A stretch of 63,663 bases of DNA, counting the filler, from Stramenopiles sp. TOSAG23-3 (lineage: Eukaryota), in NCBI GenBank assembly GCA_900128585.1. It is 18 parts of 18 records of this genome, joined end to end, with 100 filler letters (N's around TTAATTAATTAA, not from the genome) between each part and the next. Parts side by side here need not be neighbours in the genome. Positions count along the whole stretch, not along the records: positions 53,174 to 56,607 come from LT644229.1; positions 56,708 to 60,135 come from LT644230.1; positions 60,236 to 63,663 come from LT644231.1; 15 more parts are not named here. One strand, written 5' to 3'. The notes beneath the pieces are model-generated. The model was not told where the DNA came from. It worked only from the letters and a program-made list of their open reading frames with translations, and did no database searches. Numbering within the stretch: position 1 is the stretch's first letter; each line of letters begins with the position of its first letter. Positions 55,297 through 63,663 of the stretch are shown here, one piece after another. A program made the position numbers and the translations under genes.

Positions 55297-55825
55297 ATGG
55301 TAAGTTGGGATCCCCCCCCCCACCACCCGTTTCTTCCTTTCCTTCGACGAATGCGTGCGGACAACTAACACACCGTCCCCTCCTTCACTACCTTTCGTCC
55401 ATTTTGAACAGTCCGGAATTTCCCCCACCGATGATGCGTTGGATACGTACCAAAAATTGAGCCGATCTAAGATTCAATACATAATTTTCAAGATTGATAA
55501 AGTTGATGGCATGGAAAGTATTGTTGTTGAGAAAACAGGAGAGAAAGGCGAACAAGACGAAAAATGGCAAGAGTTTGTCGAGGGGTTGCCAGAATCCGAG
55601 GGCCGCTTCGGTGTATTTGACATTCGCTGGGACCAGGACGATGGCCGCAAGCGTGACTCCGTATGTTTCGTCTCCTGGACCCCAGATGGCGCCAGAATTA
55701 AGCAGAAAATGATCTACGGCTCCACCGCTGAAAGTTTTAAAGGCACCCTTCAAGGCATTAAGTCTACCATTGCTGCCCACGACATTTCTGATTTGATGGA
55801 CGGCCGCGCGGACGTCATGAAGTAA
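55297..55825 (+). CDS. Actin-depolymerising factor/cofilin; exon 1 is the ATG only (55297-55299), intron 55300-55411
   Basis: ATG|GTAAGT...ACTAAC...TTTTGAACAG|TCCGGAATT gives MSGI; YIIFKI, RFGVFD, WTPDGARIKQKMIYGS. Confidence 0.93.
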
Positions 55826-56708
55826 AGGGTTTCCTCCTCCTCGGCAACCGTTGTCGCAATGTCGAACTTTACAAAAGCTGTCATTGCCGCCACGCAGGAC
55901 ATAGTTGACTATGGGACAAACGGACAGACAGGGTGTGTTTTGTTTATAAATAGTTTTGTAATAAAATAATTCCCTCCTTTTCTTCCCCACATACAGACAC
56001 ACAGATATTTAGATTGTAAAAATAATGCCAACTTGCTTCTTCTCGTTGACACTAATTCATGGTAGCTTTAACACTAACACAGGATAGGATACAGACCTCT
56101 CTCTCTCTTCTTTTTCTAAAAAATAATAATCTTCTTTCGATCCAAAAACTACCTGAACAAACATCATTCTTATATAGTATTAGATTTATATTAAAAACTA
56201 CTACAACAGCACAACTCTTTTTCTTCGTTCGTTTCGAACTTGTCCACATACTCTTCAATTCCAGGGATGATGACAGATGACAGGAGAGAGGAGGTAAAAA
56301 TAAAAAAGAGTTGGAAGAGCTGAATTATCATACTATTTATCTTTATACTTGTATTGAAATTAAATACAAATATATAAAAAAATAAAACTACACAGTACTG
56401 AAAAGGGTTAGGTACCTCTTTAATAAGCGAGTAGAACGATTATTTCAAATAATTGTATTTATTACTATACTATAGTATACTTTATATAGTAAACGAAACA
56501 ATAATAATCGATCATCTTCTCAGCTAGCACCATACTGTACCATACTACCAGATAAAATATTATTATTAATTATAATACGTACCAGGCAGCAGCAAAAAAA
56601 AAAAAAANNNNNNNNNNNNNNNNNNNNNNNNNNNNNNNNNNNNNNNNNNNNTTAATTAATTAANNNNNNNNNNNNNNNNNNNNNNNNNNNNNNNNNNNNN
56701 NNNNNNNC

Positions 56709-58400
56709 TGCGATTCGTACGTTGCAGAGTGCCCGCTTCTTGCAACCCTCGAATTCAGCCGTTCCCGAAAGTCTATGGGCGTCATTTGCAACGATGATGG
56801 AAACAATGCAGTGTTTGTAAAAGGTGCTCCAGAAAGTGTTTTGGCTCGTTGCTCAAGCGTTTTGATGGAGAATGGAAAGGTTGTAAAGATGTCCGCGGCA
56901 ATGCGAAAGAAAATCTCGTCATCCATCCAAGAAATGTCTTCGGAAGCTTTGAGGTGCTTGGCCCTGGCCTACTCCCGCGCCCTACCGTCTCCGTTAAACG
57001 AGTACGATGGTTCTGAGAGCCACCCAGGCCACGCGTTCCTGAGCACCCCTGACATTGAAGTTCAAATTGAGAGTGACCTGGTTTTCGCCGGTGTTGCAGG
57101 AATGAGGGACCCACCTCGATCGCAAGTCAAACAATCGATCGCAGACTGCGTGAGCGCTGGAATTCGTGTTATTGTCATTACTGGTGATAACCAGAATACA
57201 GCAGAAGCGATCTGCCGCCAAATCGGCCTTTTTAACGAGGACGAAACGTTGGACAGCTTGTCGTTTGTCGGTAAAACGTTCGATAGCTTTTCTGAAAAAA
57301 AGCAAATCGCATTGCTGGAGGATGCTAAAAAGAGACAGAAAGGCATGGTATTTTCCCGTGCGGAGCCAGCATTTAAACAGCACATCATTAGATTGCTGAA
57401 GGACCGTTTGAATGAAGTCGCGGCAATGACAGGAGATGGTGTGAACGACGCCCCTGCTCTAAAGCTTGCAAACATCGGGATAGCCATGGGCATTGCCGGC
57501 ACAGAAGTTGCAAAACAAGCATCTGACATGATTCTTGCCGACGACAACTTCTCCACCATTGTGGCAGCAGTCGAAGAAGGCAGAGGCATTTACAACAACA
57601 TGAAAGCGTTCATTCGGTACATGATATCGTCGAATATAGGTGAGGTCGCTTCAATTTTCATCACCTCGTTGATGGGTCTTCCTGCAGGGCTACTATCAGT
57701 GCAACTGTTGTGGGTTAACTTGGTTACCGATGGCCCCCCGGCCACGGCTCTCGGTTTTAATCCAGCGGATAAAGACATCATGACGAAACCTCCCCGATCG
57801 AAAGATGACGTACTGATCAATCGTTGGACAATGTGGCGCTACTTGATCGTTGGTCTCTATGTCGGTTTTGCCACTGTCGGGATTTACGGGGTATACTTTA
57901 CCCAAGACGAATTCATGGGCATCAACTACGGCGCAGACGGCCAACCCAAGATTTCATGGGCACAACTTACCAACTACATCAAATGCGATGAAACCCAGCC
58001 GGCATTCGAGAACGTCGATTGTGACATGCTGTTGGACGAAAAATCATTTGCACGAGAAAAGGCCTCTACCTTGTCGCTCACGGTATTGGTGACCATAGAA
58101 ATGCTGAATTGCTTAAATGCACTGTCAGAAGACAACAGCCTTTTAGTAATGCCGCCTTGGATCAACCCATACTTATTAGTGGCGATGGCGATGTCCTTTG
58201 CTTCCCACTTTTTGATCCTGTACTTCGAATCATTCCAAGAAATATTTGGCATAAAATGGTTGAGCTGGGACGAATGGATGCTTGTTATGGCTTTTTCATT
58301 CCCAGTTATCATTTTGGATGAAGTCTTGAAGATGTTTGGACGCCACTTCAACCACCAAGCAATGATGGCAAGAGAAGCGGAACGAAAGAAGCATGCGTAA
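56709..58400 (+). CDS. SERCA-type P2A Ca2+-ATPase, 5'-truncated
   Basis: LEFSRSRKSM, KGAPE, DPPR, TGDN, MTGDGVNDAPALK, ISSNIGEV, LWVNLVTDG. Confidence 0.96.
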   Translation, partial: CDSYVAECPLLATLEFSRSRKSMGVICNDDGNNAVFVKGAPESVLARCSSVLMENGKVVKMSAAMRKKISSSIQEMSSEALRCLALAYSRALPSPLNEYDGSESHPGHAFLSTPDIEVQIESDLVFAGVAGMRDPPRSQVKQSIADCVSAGIRVIVITGDNQNTAEAICRQIGLFNEDETLDSLSFVGKTFDSFSEKKQIALLEDAKKRQKGMVFSRAEPAFKQHIIRLLKDRLNEVAAMTGDGVNDAPALKLANIGIAMGIAGTEVAKQASDMILADDNFSTIVAAVEEGRGIYNNMKAFIRYMISSNIGEVASIFITSLMGLPAGLLSVQLLWVNLVTDGPPATALGFNPADKDIMTKPPRSKDDVLINRWTMWRYLIVGLYVGFATVGIYGVYFTQDEFMGINYGADGQPKISWAQLTNYIKCDETQPAFENVDCDMLLDEKSFAREKASTLSLTVLVTIEMLNCLNALSEDNSLLVMPPWINPYLLVAMAMSFASHFLILYFESFQEIFGIKWLSWDEWMLVMAFSFPVIILDEVLKMFGRHFNHQAMMAREAERKKHA

Positions 58401-58528
58401 GTAATGCACTTTCGCGTGAAAAAATATGTTTTCATGCACCTTTAATATGTATTTGAAAAGTTGAAAAATAAGACACACACGCACCATAAAAAAGAGTGCG
58501 TCCAAAATTATAACATATATCTTTTGTT

Positions 58529-58606
58529 AAAAAACAAGAAAATTGGCTGTTATTTTAAGTAATTAAATTTAGCTTTCTCATACCCTAATCCTAACTTGGT
58601 TCTGTA
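58529..58606 (-). repeat. Dispersed repeat copy
   Basis: Reverse complement of 1-76, including GTTAGGATTAGGGTA. Confidence 0.85.
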
Positions 58607-58819
58607 TCTCTTATTATTTTATCTCATCAACAAACTATATAAATTAATGTAAGTTTTTTGACTTATTAAAACATACTACATAAAACAACTATCATATCAT
58701 GTAAAAAACAAATTATATAATTTGTTTTTTAAATTAATCAATGAATTATTTTTAAACCTCAAATTAATTATTTTTTACATTCGTAAGTTTATGATAAAAG
58801 ACGCGTTATGTTTTGTTTC

Positions 58820-60134
58820 TCAAGATTCGAAAATGTTTAGAACACTCGCAAGAACATTTAATTTCAACTGAACCTCTTGAGGAAGGTGGGCCAAAGACGG
58901 AAATTCTGACAGTTCGAATTTTTCTACAATCGGACCTTTCAAGATGTCATGAAAAGTCAGCAAGTTACGTCGTTGGTTGTATGACAGCATGATGCCATCC
59001 TCAAAGTCGAAACGATTCTCGTCGTCGCTTTTCCGCATGACGTAGCCCTCATCAAGGAGATGCTGAATTGCCGCTTGCTGCTTTTGCTTTCTTTGACTAT
59101 CGTCGTGCTTCGGGTACACCGAACCGTCGTTTCCATCATCCTCGGAGTCGCCATCAAACAGAGAGCTCAAAATCTGTTCACCAAGAGACTCGTTACTGCC
59201 ACTATCTAAATTTAGGTACATATCCAGCGAGATTTCTCCTGTTTTCTTCCCTGCTGCCCCCCCCCTCATTTCCCGTGCTTACCTTGCTGTCGTCCAGGGT
59301 GGCAGCTTCTTCGAATAAATACTTGTCCAATAGTCCCACTTCTTCAGGTTCACGCTCAGATTTATTTTCCTTTTCAGGTTTTCTTGGACAACCAAAAAGG
59401 CGCTGAATACTAAGGTTATGATTGATTTCCGGCCGGGGTTCGTTCGTAAAAACTTCACCATCGATAGACATGGGGAACGGTTGACGCGGCGTCCAACCAT
59501 CCGTGGTTGCCTCGTTCGCCACTTTGGCCATTTCTGATCTCATTATGGAAAGACAGTGATGCAGCGCAAGTTGGGCCCGTTTTAGTATTGTTAGGCAATA
59601 CCGAGACACCAGTGTCGTCGGCATATTGTACCCTTGATCATTAATCGTTTGTTCACTCCCAGCGACGTTCATTTCAGGGCCATCTTGATCGCAGTTTCGT
59701 GGTCTGGTAACAGACGACATCAGTTGAAACCACCCAGGCGGTTCTGGCGGGTGGGGCAACCACATTTCATCAATGTCCACAGCAACTAAATTTCCCGGAT
59801 AGTGACCATCCATGTTTTTGTCGACCATTTTCACACCAAACCACCTGCCACGGGGGGTACGAATTCTAGCCGTCTGGCGCCCCAAACAAATGCGCACACA
59901 ACCCCCATCGACCTGCCTGAAATCAAAGTTTGGCAGCGGATTGTTCGACATCAGCACGCAAGTAACCCCTGCATTCTTGTCGCGGACAGTGAGCTTGGGA
60001 GTTGTGGCTTTCACGATGTTCAGCACTACGGTCCCCAAATGGTACAACCCGTGGTATTTTTCTGGGAGGGTCAAAAGTGAGAATCTCCCGCAAAATTCAT
60101 TCTCCGTGTTTCGTAATTCAATGGTGCAGTTTTC
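58820..60134 (-). CDS. PLK4: Polo-like kinase 4 C-terminal region (cryptic polo box + PB3); frame break at a G9 run (59257-59265); 5'-truncated
   Basis: LPEKY...VKATTPKLT...CVLMSNNPLPNF...DG matches the PLK4 PB1/PB2 pattern; FEDGIML...LPQEVQLKLNVLASVL matches PB3. Confidence 0.7.
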
Positions 60135-60312
60135 ANNNNNNNNNNNNNNNNNNNNNNNNNNNNNNNNNNNNNNNNNNNNTTAATTAATTAANNNNNNNNN
60201 NNNNNNNNNNNNNNNNNNNNNNNNNNNNNNNNNNNGTTTAAAAGGACTGAAGACAACGTTTAGATTTACTTCATGTGTAGATATAGTTTTAGATCATTTT
60301 TCAATAACAATA

Positions 60313-61314
60313 ATGCTGACAAAAATTACAAAGGTTGCCGTCAGGGCCCGCCCCCATGTGTCGCAAACGGCCCGTTTTAGTGGTGGGCACTCTATTGATG
60401 ACTTACAGAAGGGGTTCAAAGGGTACTACGTTCAAAAAAACCTTATGGCTATAAATCCGAGACTCAAGCCCGTCTCTTCGATGAAAGGAAGAACCGTCTT
60501 CGTCAGTGGGGGCTCGCGAGGCATTGGCTTGGCAATCGCCAAAAAAGCTGCAAGCAGTGGCGCCAACGTTGTGATTGCAGCGAAAACGGTGGAAGCCCAG
60601 CCGAACCTTCCTGGGACGATCTACACAGCAGCAGAGGAATGCATTGCCGCGGGCGGCAACGCCATCGCTGTCCAAATGGACTTGCGGGATGAAGACAGTG
60701 TCAAAAAAGCATTTGAGGCTGGTGCCAAGGAGTTTGGAGGCATTGACGTTCTGGTTAACAACGCCTCTGCTATTCACATAGAGCCCACCGAGACCATAGC
60801 AATGAAACGGTACGATCTGATGCACTCGATAAACGGACGAGGGACTTTTATGGCCTCAAAACTTGCCATTCCGCATCTTAAAAAGAGCGATAACGCGCAC
60901 ATTCTCACTCTTAGTCCGCCTCTGGATACCACCTTGGGGAACCCTCTCTGGTTCAAACTCACCGGCACAGCGTACATCACCGCAAAGGTGGCAATGAGCC
61001 TGCAGGTGATGGGTCTGAGCGAGGAACTTCGTAGGGATGGGATCGCTGTCAATGCACTGTGGCCGCGCACTACAATTGCGACCGCCGCCGTAAAGAACAT
61101 GCTTGGCGGCGATGAAATGATAAATAAAAGCCGGACTCCTGAAATCATGGGGGATGCCGCCCACGCAATCTTCTGTTCCTCTCCGAAGCACAACACTGGT
61201 CAATTCTGGGTCGATGACGAAGTTATGGTCGGAACCGGAGTTCACGATTTATCGAAGTACCGGGTGAAGGAGGACGTCGCGGAACACGAACTTATCCCTG
61301 ACTTCTTTGTGTAA
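60313..61314 (+). CDS. HSDL2: HSDL2-like short-chain dehydrogenase with a mitochondrial-type presequence
   Basis: GGSRGIG, AAKT...LPGTIYTAA, NNASAI, HILTLSPP, YxxxK, NALWPRT. Confidence 0.88.
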   Translation: MLTKITKVAVRARPHVSQTARFSGGHSIDDLQKGFKGYYVQKNLMAINPRLKPVSSMKGRTVFVSGGSRGIGLAIAKKAASSGANVVIAAKTVEAQPNLPGTIYTAAEECIAAGGNAIAVQMDLRDEDSVKKAFEAGAKEFGGIDVLVNNASAIHIEPTETIAMKRYDLMHSINGRGTFMASKLAIPHLKKSDNAHILTLSPPLDTTLGNPLWFKLTGTAYITAKVAMSLQVMGLSEELRRDGIAVNALWPRTTIATAAVKNMLGGDEMINKSRTPEIMGDAAHAIFCSSPKHNTGQFWVDDEVMVGTGVHDLSKYRVKEDVAEHELIPDFFV

Positions 61315-62132
61315 TTTAAACAAGAAAATTGTCTGTATACTGCGAACTGAACTCTGAATTTAGACATTCGAGGTTTTGTGTAATTTAATTTTAATTAAAT
61401 GTACACTCTTCTTGCACGGAACATTTACCAGTATTAACAGTGTTGGGTTGGATTTGAAGTTAGTATTTGATTTAAAATGAGAGTCTTAAAACATACTATA
61501 TATTTTGGTTTTTTTTAACAGTGTAATTTGTTTTTTTTTTAAATTGTGTGATCAACAAAAAGCTTCTAAAAGCTAAGGCTGTATTAATTACTTGTTACTC
61601 TATAATATTCTCTATTCTCATTCAACAACAACAACATCTCCCACCACATCTAACTCCAGGTTTAAAAGATATCCAAATAACGTAACAATTTTATTAGAAT
61701 AAATTCAATAATGATATATATATATTTATAATTTATTAATTACGTTACGTACATAATATAGAGATACTACTAAACTTTTGTAGTTAATAATTTTTGGTAG
61801 TCCAATAATCCTATAATCAAAACAATACAGGTACGTATCAAGATGCTCAAATATCGATTTTTTTTGTGTGGAGCAAGTCAGCGTTTTTTTGGGGTCATTT
61901 ATAAGCAGCCCTGCCGGCCGTGATATAATAAATAATATAATTTGTTTTAATAAATAACTAACAGCCGCCAATTTTCTTGTACCAAGTATTCGTTTGTACC
62001 AACCACCAAATAAACGGGCAGTGAACCCTTCGTTTGTTTCTTTCCTTTCCTCCGGATGTTTTCTTAATGCGCACTACAGCGACGTAAAGTTAGCCACCGG
62101 AATCAGAAAGCAAACAAAGAAAAAGCGAAACA

Positions 62133-62843
62133 ATGTACCGTAACGGTTCTCTTCTAATTAATGTTATCCTCGTCGCTTGCATTGCAAGTACGTTGGGAAA
62201 CTCATATAACAGCTGCATTCCGAACGTCCAGACGAAGCCAAATCCGTATCAGATTAGTTTCGCCACCATACAAGGCAAAGTTTTAAGTCAAAAAGATGAT
62301 GCTCACAATATAATTTGGAATTTAGGAATTTGCGGTCAAACCAGATGTATTGATGATAATGCTGACGGGATGCTTACTCAACAAGTCAAAACTCCTGGGC
62401 TCTGCTACACCAATGGTCAGGTTACCCGAAGTTCTCCTTGGAGTGTCAGCAAAGACGACAATTACGTATTGACTACTTCGTTGCCTGGTTCTACTGCAGG
62501 CTGTGAACCGAACAAAGGCGAGTTTCGCCAAACTGCGTTGGAGTTTGTATGTGATGAGGATGCTGATGCCGATAGTATGTCGTTTACTGTAATACCACCT
62601 GCAGCAGGTGAAACGGCGTGCGGTACATACAATGTGAAACTCAAAACATGCTTGGCATGTCCCAGCTCCCGTTTTGGTAAATGTGCAAAGAAACCATCTC
62701 CATCGCCTGGGCCATCGCCTGGACCACCTCCAAAACCACCCCCTAAACCATCGCCTTTGGCGCTGTTGCATTTGCAATGGCGGCAGGATTTGTTATTTTC
62801 AGGAGTCGATCAGATTCGACAAGTGCAACAGCCAATGTATTAA
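62133..62843 (+). CDS. Secreted MRH (mannose-6-phosphate receptor homology)-like protein with Pro-rich linker; 3' end uncertain
   Basis: Signal peptide; WNLGICG, RQTALEFVCD, CGTYNVKLKTCLACP; (PSP/PPPK) repeats. Confidence 0.65.
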   Translation: MYRNGSLLINVILVACIASTLGNSYNSCIPNVQTKPNPYQISFATIQGKVLSQKDDAHNIIWNLGICGQTRCIDDNADGMLTQQVKTPGLCYTNGQVTRSSPWSVSKDDNYVLTTSLPGSTAGCEPNKGEFRQTALEFVCDEDADADSMSFTVIPPAAGETACGTYNVKLKTCLACPSSRFGKCAKKPSPSPGPSPGPPPKPPPKPSPLALLHLQWRQDLLFSGVDQIRQVQQPMY

Positions 62844-62922
62844 ATACAGGATTACTGAAAAATGATGGGATTGCTGAAAAACAAATTATATAGGATTGCT
62901 GATATCATCAGATATAATCGTA

Positions 62923-63249
62923 TTAAATCTTTTTTATAGTCATTGTCATTACTTCAAGCGTCGACAACGTAACAGGTAAGTTTTCAACGTCTTCGTTATT
63001 TCCTACAGCCCCATCACCGACGTCGAATTCTACAAGTTTCAGTAAACGAGCATATCCGAATGGAACATTGCCTTCAAAAAAATTAAAACTCAAGCGCAGT
63101 ATTTCTAACTTGGTCAATTGGGCCAGCGTAGGAAGCATGAACCCTTAAAGATGGTTATCATGTAGATCAAGTGTTGTCAATTTTCGCAATTTAGGAAGCC
63201 AAGACGGGATGTTTGCCGAAAACTTGTTGCTTCCTAGCCACAGGCGCTA
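62923..63249 (-). pseudogene. Plant-type LRR gene fragment with in-frame stops
   Basis: *RLWLGSNKFSANIPSWLPKLRKLTTLDLHDNHL*GFMLPTLAQLTKLEILRLSFNFFEGNVP; TAA at 63145-63147 and TAG at 63247-63249. Confidence 0.7.
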
Positions 63250-63663
63250 TTTCCTGCCGCGCGGCTTCGGGGACTGCCAGAAGCCCACCGAGTCTGGCCA
63301 ACCGACCCCGCCGTAAGTTCATACAACAAGCACACTCCTCCTTGTGTCGACCAAGCGCGGCTGCAGAGCAACAGGGCCTTACAATGGAGCGCCGTTCCCT
63401 CACGTGGTGCCTTCGTGATGATCGGAATTTGAAAACATCTCAGCGTGAAGTAATCGCAGTTGCGGTTAAGGAAAAAGTGATGGAAAAGAGAAAGAGAAAG
63501 GAAGAAGTAGGAAGAAGTGATACTTCAAGAAAACAAATGAATGGCTGTGAGAGGTCGAATACAGGAAAAGGAGAAGAAGTGTAGAGTTGATCGTTCGAGT
63601 ATGACGGACAGGAGTGACACATGTCACTGGAATCGAAAAGAAGAAGAGTGCTTTAAAATAAGT

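Noticed and set aside
3459-60235. Regularly spaced TTAATTAATTAA palindromes, which look like a periodic array
   Set aside because: They are embedded in N runs and are artificial six-frame-stop linkers; adjacency across them has no biological meaning

Overview
This window is not one locus. It is a pseudo-scaffold of 18 unrelated contigs of about 3.43-3.46 kb, in decreasing size order, joined by artificial N-TTAATTAATTAA-N linkers, so gene neighbourhoods are meaningful only within a contig. The host is a flagellated eukaryote with mostly intronless GC-richer genes and very AT-rich, microsatellite-rich spacers. Centriole/cilium genes (CEP43/FOP, PLK4, DRC10, CFAP144) support this. A stramenopile-like protist amplified from single cells is plausible but is inference; inverted chimeric contig ends suggest MDA. 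Recognisable genes include APH1, a TLC protein, an AlkB-family dioxygenase, XMAP215, SETD9, proteasome beta2, PIP5K, a sirtuin, a D-aminoacylase, GPAA1, AGPS, cofilin, SERCA and HSDL2. The main leads are: (1) a gene-dense virus-like contig (10674-14122) with a UL9/origin-binding-protein-type SF2 helicase, a possible stand-alone copy of its C-terminal domain, and tiny ORFs; (2) a 1.86-kb element bounded by mirror-symmetric GTCCCACA(A/G)ATC arrays, sitting in a TTC microsatellite and carrying a frameshifted Dpy-30/EF-hand gene (Pack-type transposon candidate); (3) a dispersed AAATAACAGCCAATTTTCTTGTTT repeat family found at gene 3' ends in five contigs; (4) unusual architectures: cyclophilin-SLC35 fusion, DTW-ankyrin fusion, a putatively dually acylated sirtuin, and an AlkB-NZF-PIP gene with an in-frame TAG. 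All family assignments come from motif recognition by eye, not database searches.
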